DNA of 64,000 nt, taken from NCBI GenBank assembly GCA_964467385.1, contig CAYXQC010000002.1:65625-129624 (forward strand). The letters run 5' to 3'. Below, piece by piece: positions 36,251 to 46,224 of this stretch; the stretch's first letter is position 1, and each line of letters opens with the position of its first letter. This DNA comes from an uncultured Candidatus Saccharibacteria bacterium. Lineage in GTDB: Bacteria > Patescibacteriota > Minisyncoccia > Phycocordibacterales > CAIZLB01. A model generated the notes under the pieces. The model searched no databases, was not told the origin of the DNA, and saw nothing but the letters and a program-made list of their open reading frames with translations. The translations under genes and the position numbers were made by a program.

Positions 36251-37180
36251 ATGCACATACTCATTACCGGCGGGGAAGGATTCATTGGAGGGTATATAAA
36301 AAGAAATTTAACGCAAAGCGCGGCCAACAAAATCGCTGCTAACAAAACAAACGCCGTTGAAATTGAAATCCTGGAAACAATCGACACCTACGACATTAAA
36401 TCCGGCGAAGAAAAAGATATTCTCAACATAGAAAATCTCGCTAAAATAATTACGACGAACAAAATAGATTCTGTTTTCCATTGCGCAGCTAAAATATCTG
36501 TTCCGGAAAGTTTTATACAAAAAGAATACTACGATTTGGTAAATATTAACGGCACAGAGAATGTTTTCAACATAGTCGAGCAAAACAATACAAAGATAGT
36601 ATTCTCAAGCAGTGCGGCTGTGTATGGCGAATGCGACAGTAAAGTAAAAGAAGATTTCGTGCTAAATCCACAATCACCGTATGCAGATGAAAAAAAGAAA
36701 GGAGAGGAAATTCTAGCGAGAGGAGCTGGCGACAAAAATATGTATCACATTGCACTTCGATACTTCAATGTCTACGGCCCTGGGCAATCTCCAGAATATG
36801 CTGGTGTGATAACACATTTTATTCGTGCTGCGCTTAAGGGTGAAGATATTGTTATCTTTGGTAATGGAAATGCTGTACGTGATTTTGTTTTCGTGGAAGA
36901 TGTTGCTCGCGCGAATGTGATGGCGATGAATTATCCGAATACTCAATTTGAAATTTTCAATATTGGCAGTGGTGCAGAAACTAAGGTAAAAGATTTGGCA
37001 GAAATGATTATTAAATTAACCAATTCTCCTTCGCAAATCGTATATAAGGAACCACGAATGGGGGATATTGTGTATTCATGCGCAGATGTTTCAAAAGCCA
37101 AAAGCATTCTTGGATTCGAAACGAAAGTTTCTCTTGAGGAAGGTTTGAAAAAGACTATTGAATATTTTCGTACACATTAA
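36251..37180 (+). CDS. NAD-dependent nucleotide-sugar epimerase/dehydratase (extended SDR)
   Basis: ITGGEGFIG, SSSAAVYG, YxxxK (YADEK), LRYFNVYGP, RDFVFVEDVA. Confidence 0.93.
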   Translation: MHILITGGEGFIGGYIKRNLTQSAANKIAANKTNAVEIEILETIDTYDIKSGEEKDILNIENLAKIITTNKIDSVFHCAAKISVPESFIQKEYYDLVNINGTENVFNIVEQNNTKIVFSSSAAVYGECDSKVKEDFVLNPQSPYADEKKKGEEILARGAGDKNMYHIALRYFNVYGPGQSPEYAGVITHFIRAALKGEDIVIFGNGNAVRDFVFVEDVARANVMAMNYPNTQFEIFNIGSGAETKVKDLAEMIIKLTNSPSQIVYKEPRMGDIVYSCADVSKAKSILGFETKVSLEEGLKKTIEYFRTH

Positions 37181-37403
37181 TTTTTTGCATAACTAAATTT
37201 CTAAAAACTAAAATCCCCACTCATTTCTGAGTAAGGGACCTTAGTAAGTGTGACGAATTGTGTTTTCCCGCAAAGCCTTCTGTATATAACGTACGTCGAG
37301 CTTTGCACAAACAATTCTTTATCGATCTAACCAACTTGCTAACCATTTTAACTATCACGAAAGTGAAAACGTGATACTAAATCTTGAGTGACCAAACTTA
37401 AAT

Positions 37404-37676
37404 TTAGTTGATTGCGTCTTTGAGTCCTTTCGCTGCTCGGAACTTGGCTACTTTCATAGCTGCAACCTTAACCATTTCACCAGTTCGTGGGTTTCGTGCT
37501 GTTCGAGCTGCTCGTGTTTTTGCAGAAAAAATACCGAAGCCTGCAACTGAAACTTCTTCGCCTCTCTTGAGAGTTGCGATAATGTTATCAAACACTGCAT
37601 CTACGATTTGTTCTGCTTGTACTTTTGTTGTTCCAAGTACTCCGTGTACTTTTTCAACTAGTGCTGCTTTATTCAT
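37404..37676 (-). CDS. hup: HU family DNA-binding protein
   Basis: MNKAALV, GFGIF, ARNPRTGE, AKGLKDAI. Confidence 0.96.
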   Translation of the reverse strand: MNKAALVEKVHGVLGTTKVQAEQIVDAVFDNIIATLKRGEEVSVAGFGIFSAKTRAARTARNPRTGEMVKVAAMKVAKFRAAKGLKDAIN

Positions 37677-37860
37677 GAACTTTGTTTAATTGTTATTTTG
37701 CTAAAGGTCGACCCTTTGTTCTTTCCGTGATTTAAGTATATAACAACCCCTATTTTAGGCAATATTTATAAGGCTTAAATGGAATTCTCGGAAAATTTGC
37801 CTATTTTTAATCTCTGTTTTATGAAGTTTTAATAACTGTGAGACGATCCTCTTGCGACTA

Positions 37861-39393
37861 CTACCTAGCGTACTCAGTCGCCCTGGTCTCTCGTATCACG
37901 TGAACCTTGATCTCACCAGGGTATCGGAGCTCCTCCTCGATGCTTTTAGCTATATTTTTAGCCATATTATGAGCTTGAAGGTCGTTTACATGGTCTGGAT
38001 GCACAAATACGCGGATTTCACGTCCTGCCTGTAGAGCATAGGCTTTTTCAACCCCTTGCTCTCTTTTAGCAATAGCTTCGAGATCCTCCAGGCGTTTAAT
38101 GTAGTTCTCAATATTATCCTTTCTTGCACCTGGACGCCCACCTGAAATGGCATCAGCAGTCTGTACGATTCGAGACTCGAGCGTTTCGTATGGATATTCT
38201 TCGTGATGTGCCTGCATGGCCTTCACAATTTCTTCTGAAGCTCCAAACTTTTGAAGAATCCTTCGGCCAATTTCCACATGGCTCCCTTGAACTTCGTGAT
38301 CGAGTGCTTTGCCAATATCGTGTACAAGCGCAGCAGTCTTTGCAACATTTACATTTGCACCGATCTCAGCAGCGAGCATTCCGGCAATGTGCGCCATTTC
38401 AATAGAGTGCTGGAGCACGTTGTGACCATAACTTGTTCGAAAATGCAGTCGGCCAAGGATAGCAACGATTCGCGGGTCGAGAGGTACAATTCCAGTTTCG
38501 AAAATTGCTCGCTCACCTTGTTCCTTAATTATTTTATTGATCTGCTCTTCGGCGTCTTGTACAGATTTTTCAATCTTAGCTGGCTGGATTCTTCCATCTT
38601 TGATCAATTCTTCAAGTGCTATTCGAGCAACTTGTCGGCGAATCGGATCATACGATGAAAGCATAATCGAGTCTGGATGTTCATCGACCAAAACTTCAAC
38701 ACCTGTTGCGCGCTCAAAGGCTTTGATGTTTCGGCCTTCTTTACCAATAATTTTGCCTTTATCTTCTGGTGATTGAATCGCTACATGTGTACTGAAAAAA
38801 TCAGCTGACACAGAAGTAGCAAGGCGCTGAATAGTTATAGCTAAAATATCTTTTGATTTTTGCTCAAGAGTTTCTTCAGAAAGTTTTTCAAGCTTGTAGA
38901 TACGATTTGTAAGTACTTGCTCTTGCTCTTTTTCAACTTTTGCCAAAAGATTTTCTAGGGCTTGCTCTCGAGTCATGCCAGAAACTTTCTGAAGCTCTGC
39001 ATCGATCTCTTTTGCGCCTGCGTCTACTTTATCTTTTATAGCTTTAATCTCTGAAATACGTAGCTTTATAGCCTCTATTTCGCTTGCGGTTTCCACTTCT
39101 TTTTGTTCGAGAAGTTCTTCTTTTTTATTTAATCTTTCTTCAGTTTTGATGAGTGAGTCTTCTTTTTCTTTTACTTGCTCACGTGAAGATTTGAGAATAT
39201 CTGCGGCCTTTTTCTCTGCATCGAGGATAAATTTTTCGGACTTTTCTCGAGCTTCGAGCATTGCTTTTTTAATGTCGAATTCGATTGAGTTTTTCTTGCT
39301 GAGTGCGACGAGGATTCTGATGAGGTAACCGATTGCAAATCCTACTCCTATACTAAGGGTGATGAGAACCAAGGCCATTTTTAGAGAAATCAT
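37861..39393 (-). CDS. rny: Ribonuclease Y
   Basis: N-terminal TM, coiled coil, KH domain GKIIGKEGRNI, HD domain VHDIGKA, VIRETRA. Confidence 0.97.
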   Translation of the reverse strand: MISLKMALVLITLSIGVGFAIGYLIRILVALSKKNSIEFDIKKAMLEAREKSEKFILDAEKKAADILKSSREQVKEKEDSLIKTEERLNKKEELLEQKEVETASEIEAIKLRISEIKAIKDKVDAGAKEIDAELQKVSGMTREQALENLLAKVEKEQEQVLTNRIYKLEKLSEETLEQKSKDILAITIQRLATSVSADFFSTHVAIQSPEDKGKIIGKEGRNIKAFERATGVEVLVDEHPDSIMLSSYDPIRRQVARIALEELIKDGRIQPAKIEKSVQDAEEQINKIIKEQGERAIFETGIVPLDPRIVAILGRLHFRTSYGHNVLQHSIEMAHIAGMLAAEIGANVNVAKTAALVHDIGKALDHEVQGSHVEIGRRILQKFGASEEIVKAMQAHHEEYPYETLESRIVQTADAISGGRPGARKDNIENYIKRLEDLEAIAKREQGVEKAYALQAGREIRVFVHPDHVNDLQAHNMAKNIAKSIEEELRYPGEIKVHVIRETRATEYAR

Positions 39394-39496
39394 GGCGTTG
39401 TTTTATTTTTGTCTTGTTTAATAATTTTTTTTGTGCAATTTGTGCCCTAAGATTTTTTGCGTGGCAAAATTTGTAGTGCACAAAAACGGGAGAATA

Positions 39497-40066
39497 TTAG
39501 AGAACTTTGTCTACAATACCGTACTTCTTTGCGTCGTCTGCTGACATGTAGAAATCTCGGTCTGCATCTTTTTCGATTTTTGCGACCGTCTGGCCTGTAT
39601 TTTTTGCGAGCATCTTTATAAGGTTCTCTTTTGTTTTCAAAATTTGCCTTGCAGTAATTTCGATATCTGTAGCCTGGCCTTCAACACCGCCAAGTGGCTG
39701 ATGAATCATGATTTCTGAGTTTGGTAGTGCATATCTCTTTCCTTTCGCACCAGCAGAAAGAATCATTGCACCCATAGATGCTGCCATACCTACACAAACC
39801 GTAGATACATCATTTTTAATATGATTCATGGTGTCGATAATCGCTAGACCGTCTTTGACGTGACCTCCAGGTGAATTTACATAAAGAGTAATGTCCTTCT
39901 TTGGATTCTCGGCTTCTAGGAAAAGAAGTTGTGCAATAACTGTGTTTGAGATGTTGTTATCAATAGGGCCACCTAAAAACACAATATTCTCACGCAAGAG
40001 TCGTGAATAAATGTCGTATGCTCGCTCACCGTACTGTGATTTTTCGATAACTGTTGGAATTAACAT
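39497..40066 (-). CDS. clpP: Clp protease proteolytic subunit
   Basis: DIYSRLL, NSPGG, AASMG, MIHQP. Confidence 0.98.
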   Translation of the reverse strand: MLIPTVIEKSQYGERAYDIYSRLLRENIVFLGGPIDNNISNTVIAQLLFLEAENPKKDITLYVNSPGGHVKDGLAIIDTMNHIKNDVSTVCVGMAASMGAMILSAGAKGKRYALPNSEIMIHQPLGGVEGQATDIEITARQILKTKENLIKMLAKNTGQTVAKIEKDADRDFYMSADDAKKYGIVDKVL

Positions 40067-40172
40067 GTTCGTTTGTTCTGTTTCAGAAGTTTAAATGAAT
40101 AAAAGAGGAGTTTCCGGTTGCTGTTTTGGTCTCGTTCTGATAGCCTGATAAGCGTACTATACTACATATTTT

Positions 40173-40973
40173 ATGAGATTGCACAGGTTCTATATTGGCA
40201 CGGCCGACATCATCGAAGGTATGCAAAACCACCTCGAAAACCCGTCTGGAAAGCCACAATCAGCACATGAATTAATCCAAAAACACATTGTTTTGGACGG
40301 TAATTTGTATAAACAGTACGAGCTCCTTATCCATCAGTGGCGAAACGTCTTTAAATACACAGCTGGTAGTCGAGTGATCCTTTTTGATGACAATAAAATT
40401 GAATATGAGTGTTTGATTGAGTCATTTAATGCTACACACAATAAAGTACAGCTCGCAGTAGTTCAATCTACGGAAATTCCTGTAGCCGATGAAAACCAGC
40501 AGATCTGGATGTTTGTTTCTATTCTCAAAGGTGAAAACTTTGATCTTGTTGTACAAAAACTCACCGAACTAGGCGTTCAAGGTATTGTACCTATTGTATG
40601 TGACCGAACTATCAAAAAGAGTATTAACCAAACGCGTGTACAAAAAATAGCTACAGAAGCAGCGGAGCAATCAGGTAGAGTTGATGTACCTATTGTTTCT
40701 GAGCCTGTTGATCTCGGTCCTGCCATTCAAGAATTCCTAGAAAAAGGTGGAGAACCTGTTGTCTGTCATCAAAGAGGCCATGATTGGAAATATGTTTCAG
40801 AATCTTTTAGAAAATATCCACTCGGATTTATTGTTGGTCCAGAAGGTGGGTGGAGTGATAGAGAAGAAGAATTCTTTAGAAAACTTGGCCTAAAATCTGT
40901 GAAATTCTCTGACAATGTGCTTCGTGCTGAAACGGCAGCGATAGGTATTGCAACTTTGGCGAAGAGTATGTAG
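40173..40973 (+). CDS. rsmE: 16S rRNA m3U1498 methyltransferase
   Basis: KLTELGV, EAAEQSGR, VGPEGGW, VLRAETAA. Confidence 0.95.
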   Translation: MRLHRFYIGTADIIEGMQNHLENPSGKPQSAHELIQKHIVLDGNLYKQYELLIHQWRNVFKYTAGSRVILFDDNKIEYECLIESFNATHNKVQLAVVQSTEIPVADENQQIWMFVSILKGENFDLVVQKLTELGVQGIVPIVCDRTIKKSINQTRVQKIATEAAEQSGRVDVPIVSEPVDLGPAIQEFLEKGGEPVVCHQRGHDWKYVSESFRKYPLGFIVGPEGGWSDREEEFFRKLGLKSVKFSDNVLRAETAAIGIATLAKSM

Positions 40974-41085
40974 TTTTGGCCAAACAAATCTGTTCTTCTA
41001 AAACAAAAAAGTGACCACTTTCGTGACCAGCTTTTTTGTTTATAAATTTAGCTTCGCTATTTGTGTACCTTAGAAAATGCGAAAT

Positions 41086-42150
41086 TTACTTACCTTGCTC
41101 CTCCAACCACTGCCAAACTTTTTCGTTCAAGAGCACCGTTTCAACGTAGATTTCAGCACGAGTTCTATCTGCATCTTTGTACATTTGCATGATCTGCTCA
41201 ACTTCTTTCTTGATTTCATCTTCGCTCGCTGTGATTTTTTCATCGAGAGCAATTTGATTCAAGATGAGTTGAGTCTTTGCTCGCTTCTCTGCATCAGGTG
41301 TCCATTCTTTTCGAAGCTCCTCGATAGTTTTACCGATGTGCTTTAGATATGTCTCAATGTTAAGTCCCATCTGAGAAATATTTGCACCGAGTTCGTGAAC
41401 CATTTTTCCGAGTTCTGATTCAACGAGAAGTTTCGGCATGCTGATATCTGCATCTTTCATAACCTCGTCCATGATTGTTAGTCGCTTCTTTTCTTTTTCC
41501 TTTCGGGTTTTTTCAGCTGTGATGCCTTCTTTCACTTTTTCTTTGAAAGCTTCAACAGTTTCAAAAGGACCGAATTTCTTGATGAATTCGAGATCTATTT
41601 CTGGAAGTGCAAGCTCACCATGGTCATGTCCGTGATCATCTGGATTATTCTTGTGATGGTCTACATGTGCAACCTGCTTCTGGAGATCTGTGATAGCCTC
41701 CTCGATTTCCTTATCAGTAACAACAACTTCAGCCTTTTCTGACATTATCTTTTTAGCAATAGCCTTGTAACCTTTGAGTTTTACTTCAGGCATTGTGGCA
41801 GTTTTGATTTTAAAACCAAACGCTTCACCTGGAGCTACCTTAGTAATAGTTACCGCAGGAGATCCAAGAGGTTTTACATCTTTATCCTCGATTCCTTTTT
41901 TAATAATGTCACTGTAGTTTGCTTCAAGTGCCATTCGTCCAGCTTCTTCTATGATCGCTACTTCTCCAAATCGATCAACAACAATCTTTTCTGGAATGTG
42001 ACCTGGTCGAAAACCATCAACTCGAGCTTCGAGTGAAAGTTCCTTGATGGCTTTATCTCGAAACGTTTTTACGACATCGGCTTGAATTTCACCTTCGATT
42101 TCATATTCGCTATCTGGAAGAGCTGTGTGTTTTGTGATTTTAAATGACAT
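41086..42150 (-). CDS. tig: Trigger factor lacking the FKBP PPIase domain
   Basis: GFRPGHIP ribosome-binding motif; C-terminal SurA-like domain; 354 aa. Confidence 0.92.
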   Translation of the reverse strand: MSFKITKHTALPDSEYEIEGEIQADVVKTFRDKAIKELSLEARVDGFRPGHIPEKIVVDRFGEVAIIEEAGRMALEANYSDIIKKGIEDKDVKPLGSPAVTITKVAPGEAFGFKIKTATMPEVKLKGYKAIAKKIMSEKAEVVVTDKEIEEAITDLQKQVAHVDHHKNNPDDHGHDHGELALPEIDLEFIKKFGPFETVEAFKEKVKEGITAEKTRKEKEKKRLTIMDEVMKDADISMPKLLVESELGKMVHELGANISQMGLNIETYLKHIGKTIEELRKEWTPDAEKRAKTQLILNQIALDEKITASEDEIKKEVEQIMQMYKDADRTRAEIYVETVLLNEKVWQWLEEQGK

Positions 42151-42197
42151 GATTTATGTTCGAGTATTAATTTTTTATAGAGAATTCAGATCGCAAT

Positions 42198-43421
42198 TTA
42201 TGCTGTAGCTTCTTCTGTAATTTCAGGCGCATCAATTTCTACGGCATCAGCAATAGTTGGCTCATTAACACCAGCCATTTTATCTGAATCTACACCTTCA
42301 ACTGTTTCATCAACTTTTTTTCCGGCTGACTGAATATCAATTCTCCAACCTGTAAGTTTCGCTGCAAGTCGTACATTCTGTCCGCCTTTACCGATCGCGA
42401 GTGACTGCTGATCTTCTGTTACTACGACTCGTGCAGTTTTTGCTACATCGTCGATTGTTACGCTTACAACTTCAGCAGGTGAGAGTGCGTCACGAATAAA
42501 GTCAGAAGGGTTTTCTGACCACTCGATAATGTCGATTTTTTCATTTCCACCAAGTTCGCTCATAACTGTAAGAACTCGAACACCTCGCTGTCCAACCATA
42601 GAACCGATTGGATCAATATGTGAATCAGCTGAATGAACAGCAACCTTTGATCGCTGACCAGCTTCTCGTGCGATAGCCTTAATTTCCACTGTACCTGCAA
42701 CAATTTCTGGAACTTCAACTTTGAAAAGTTCAGCCAAGAATCGTGGGTGTGATCGTGAAAGTCTCACGAAAATACCTCGTGGAGTTTCTTCAACTCGAAG
42801 AAGAATCATTCGGAGTCGTTCACCTTGCTTGTAGTGTTCGCCAGGAATTTGTTCTTCATATGGAAGCATACCAACTGCTCGGCCCATATCGATGAATACA
42901 TTACCTCGTTCAATTCGCTGTACAGTTCCAGAAACAATTTCACCTTCTTTCTTTCCGTATTCAGCAAGAACAGAAGTCTTTTCCGCTTCTCGGATCTTCT
43001 GGATGATTACCTGCTTAGCAGTCTGAGCTGCAATTCGTCCGAAATCATCTTTGTATTCAAGATCGAATACGATTTCTTCACCAACCTGTGCACCTTTTTT
43101 GATAAGTTTAGCAGTATCAATAAGGATGTGTCGTTCATCATTAAAAAGTACCTTTTCTTCACCTTCAGCAGGGGCCTCAGGAAGATCAGCTTTGTCATAT
43201 ACAACCTGAGAAGGGTCAACGATTACTTTGACCTGGAAGAATTCAGTTTTACCAGTGGCCACGTCAAAATTAGCCCGAATATACTGGTCTTTTCGGCCGT
43301 ACTCTTTCTTATAAGCAGTAGCGAGAGCCATTTCGATAGCCTCGAGGATTTTAGCTCGAGGAATACCTCGCTCTTCTTCGAGTTGGTCTAGCACTGAGTG
43401 GATTACTTTAAGGTCAAACAT
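42198..43421 (-). CDS. nusA: Transcription factor NusA
   Basis: FGRIAAQTAKQVI, EVPEI, AREAGQRSK, LAIGKGGQNVRLAAKLTGWRIDI. Confidence 0.98.
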   Translation of the reverse strand: MFDLKVIHSVLDQLEEERGIPRAKILEAIEMALATAYKKEYGRKDQYIRANFDVATGKTEFFQVKVIVDPSQVVYDKADLPEAPAEGEEKVLFNDERHILIDTAKLIKKGAQVGEEIVFDLEYKDDFGRIAAQTAKQVIIQKIREAEKTSVLAEYGKKEGEIVSGTVQRIERGNVFIDMGRAVGMLPYEEQIPGEHYKQGERLRMILLRVEETPRGIFVRLSRSHPRFLAELFKVEVPEIVAGTVEIKAIAREAGQRSKVAVHSADSHIDPIGSMVGQRGVRVLTVMSELGGNEKIDIIEWSENPSDFIRDALSPAEVVSVTIDDVAKTARVVVTEDQQSLAIGKGGQNVRLAAKLTGWRIDIQSAGKKVDETVEGVDSDKMAGVNEPTIADAVEIDAPEITEEATA

Positions 43422-43777
43422 ATTGATTTGTATATTAAATTTTTAGTTTTTACCCGTGTGCCGCGTTTTATGGCCTGATTTTAAGCCATTTTTGTGCAAT
43501 TCAGGTAAATTTCATCAAAAAAACGAGCCCGCCTTGTGGGCGCGCTGTTTCAGATATAGATATTATACATATATATAGGTGTTTGTATAGGGAGTTTAGT
43601 CAAAAGGTTGTTTTTGTGCAAGGGTCATTTTCCTAGGGAAAGTATTGACTATATTGGTATATGTACTGTATAATATGTTTCCATAAGGCTCGTGTTACCA
43701 AGGGTTCAAAAAATGGCTTACCTAAGCCGTTACCTGCGATTTACGAGTCTTCCACTGAAACTCAGCCTATCCGCACT

Positions 43778-44122
43778 ATGTACCTCAAAAATGTTCGCCG
43801 GAGCAATCAGCTCCTCTTTCAAGTTGTCATGACCGTGTTGGCCATGATCCTTGCTTGCAGCTTTATCGCCGCTCGCACCGGAATCAATGTCGTGGTCATT
43901 GCGATCACTGCGATTCTCTTCGTTCTTGGAACCTTGGTCCTCGAGGTTCGTTTCAAGTGGACAAATCGCCGTCTTATCCGGCTTGGGAAACTCATCGGAT
44001 CTCTGTGCCAGTTGGCAGAGATTAAAATCAGGATCATTCGTCTTCGGCGTGATCTTGCGCTCGAAAAAGAAATCCTGGGTTTCCGCTTCAACCGGCTACT
44101 TGATCTTCGCCTCTGGCACTAG
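43778..44122 (+). CDS. Small two-TM hypothetical protein with a basic tail
   Basis: Two hydrophobic helices; upstream TTGACT/TATAAT; downstream terminator; C-rich codons unlike its neighbours. Confidence 0.5.
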   Translation: MYLKNVRRSNQLLFQVVMTVLAMILACSFIAARTGINVVVIAITAILFVLGTLVLEVRFKWTNRRLIRLGKLIGSLCQLAEIKIRIIRLRRDLALEKEILGFRFNRLLDLRLWH

Positions 44123-44155
44123 TTACCACGCATCGATCAAAAAACCAAAAACATC

Positions 44156-44191
44156 GGCTGTCTCATCACGAGGCAGCCGGTTTCTTTTTTG
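44156..44191 (+). terminator. Intrinsic terminator
   Basis: CGGCTGTCTC-ATCAC-GAGGCAGCCG followed by a T-run. Confidence 0.75.
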
Positions 44192-44355
44192 TAATATTTC
44201 ACATAGATTATTTTCAATGGATCATCCTTTCAAAGATTTTATAGATTCTTGATGGAAAATTCATCATCGTGTCGCCATATTACTTTCCACATTCTCGCAG
44301 GAAAAATAAACAAATTTTTTCACAATCTCTGCTATAATTTATCTAACAAAGAACT

Positions 44356-46155
44356 ATGTACATTGCACCGGAGCAATTGAAAAAGTATATTCTCGACGCG
44401 AAAATTGTATCGCGTGAGGATCTTGAAGCTGCTGAAACTGAAGCAGAGAAAAATAAACAGGATGTTGGTGAAGTGTTGGTGTCGCAAGGAAAAATTTCTG
44501 AGGATGATTTTCGACGAATGCAGGCACATGTGATGGGAATTCCTTTTGTTGATTTGAAAAATCAGAAACTTGAATTTGAAGTCCTTGCACTTATTCCTGA
44601 GCCAATTGCGCGAAATCATAACATTGTGGCATTTAAGAAAAATGCTGATAATGCCAATCAACCAGGTTCTGAGGCGACTCTTGAGGTGGCAATGCTCGAT
44701 ACAGATGATCTTGGTGCCATCGATTTTATTAAGAAAAAAACTGGACTGAAGATTTTGCCACGACTTACGAATACTGAGTCGATGAAGTCTGCACTTATTC
44801 AGTATCAAAAAAGTTTGAAAGCAGATTTTGGTGACATCATTCAGCAGGAAGCTGCATCACTTAAAGTGACTATAGAAGGTGAGGCGAGTAATGTAGGTGA
44901 AGCTGGTGCTGAAGCTACTGGCGATGATTTGAAAAAATTGGCAGAAGATCTACCAGTGGTGCGTATTGTAGACACTTTACTGAAGCACGCTGCTCTTCAA
45001 AACGCTTCTGATATTCACATAGAACAGTCAGAGTTTGAGGTGGTTGTTCGATATCGAATCGACGGTATGCTTCACGACGCCATGATTTTGCCGAAGTCCG
45101 CAGGTGCCAGCATTATTGCGCGTATCAAAGTACTTTCTAACTTGAAGCTTGATGAAAAAAGACTTCCACAAGATGGACGATTTAGAATTGAACTTAATGG
45201 CGAAAAAATTTCTTTCCGTGTTTCTATTTTGCCGACATACTTTGGCGAAAAAATTGTAATGCGACTTCTTCGAGAAAGTGTTTCTGGGTTCACACTTGAG
45301 AAACTTGGTTTTCATGGACGTGATCTGGAGATTCTTCATGAGGCCTCTGGGATGTCAGAGGGTTTGATTCTTACAACTGGTCCAACTGGTTCAGGAAAAA
45401 GCACTACATTGTATACGATGCTTGATCTTGTAAATACGCCCGATGTAAATATTTCAACAGTAGAAGATCCGGTGGAATATCAGATGAAGCGAGTAAATCA
45501 AACTCAGATTCGATCTGAAATAGGTCTAACATTTGCCTCAGGTCTTCGATCACTTCTTCGACAAGATCCAGACATTATTATGGTGGGAGAAATTCGAGAC
45601 AATGAAACGGCGTCTTTAGGTATCAATGCTGCACTTACAGGCCACTTGGTACTTTCGACTCTTCACACTAACTCTGCAGCTGGTGCTATTCCACGATTGA
45701 TGGATATGAAATGTGAGCCATTCCTTCTCGTATCTACTTTGAAAATTGTGATTGCACAGCGGCTTGTCCGACATCTAGGAAATTCAAAAGAGCAATACAT
45801 TTTGAGTAAAGAAGAACTAGCTTCTATTTCAAAGAAAATTAATATGGATAATGTACTTAAGGCCCTTCGTGAGGAAAAAATTGTTGGACCAAAAGATGAT
45901 TGGTCTACTATTCCGTTTTATAAGCCGAAGCCTGATGCAGAAAGTGAGGATGGATATCATGGGCGATTAGGTATTCATGAAGTGCTTCGAATCTCGCCAA
46001 CTATCAAAGATATCATTATGAAAAATGGTACAAGTGATGATATTGAGAAGCAAGCGCGAGCAGAAGGTATGATGACTATGATTGAGGACGGTATATTCAA
46101 GGCGGTGCAGGGTCTGACTTCGATCGAAGAAATTCTTCGAGTGGTTTCGGAGTAG
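44356..46155 (+). CDS. pilB: Type IV pilus assembly ATPase PilB/GspE
   Basis: ASDIHIE, RLPQDGR, GPTGSGKST, EDPVE, LRQDPDIIMVGEIRD, TGHLVLSTLH. Confidence 0.96.
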   Translation: MYIAPEQLKKYILDAKIVSREDLEAAETEAEKNKQDVGEVLVSQGKISEDDFRRMQAHVMGIPFVDLKNQKLEFEVLALIPEPIARNHNIVAFKKNADNANQPGSEATLEVAMLDTDDLGAIDFIKKKTGLKILPRLTNTESMKSALIQYQKSLKADFGDIIQQEAASLKVTIEGEASNVGEAGAEATGDDLKKLAEDLPVVRIVDTLLKHAALQNASDIHIEQSEFEVVVRYRIDGMLHDAMILPKSAGASIIARIKVLSNLKLDEKRLPQDGRFRIELNGEKISFRVSILPTYFGEKIVMRLLRESVSGFTLEKLGFHGRDLEILHEASGMSEGLILTTGPTGSGKSTTLYTMLDLVNTPDVNISTVEDPVEYQMKRVNQTQIRSEIGLTFASGLRSLLRQDPDIIMVGEIRDNETASLGINAALTGHLVLSTLHTNSAAGAIPRLMDMKCEPFLLVSTLKIVIAQRLVRHLGNSKEQYILSKEELASISKKINMDNVLKALREEKIVGPKDDWSTIPFYKPKPDAESEDGYHGRLGIHEVLRISPTIKDIIMKNGTSDDIEKQARAEGMMTMIEDGIFKAVQGLTSIEEILRVVSE

Positions 46156-46224
46156 TCGGCGTTGATAGATTTTGCTTGGCACTTGAGTTGCGCAAAGATC
46201 TGGTAAAATTTTTAGAATATTTTT

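Noticed and set aside
36251-37180. Epimerase as cargo of a tRNA-integrated island
   Set aside because: It lies outside the tRNA 3' duplications, and no further att copy was seen downstream
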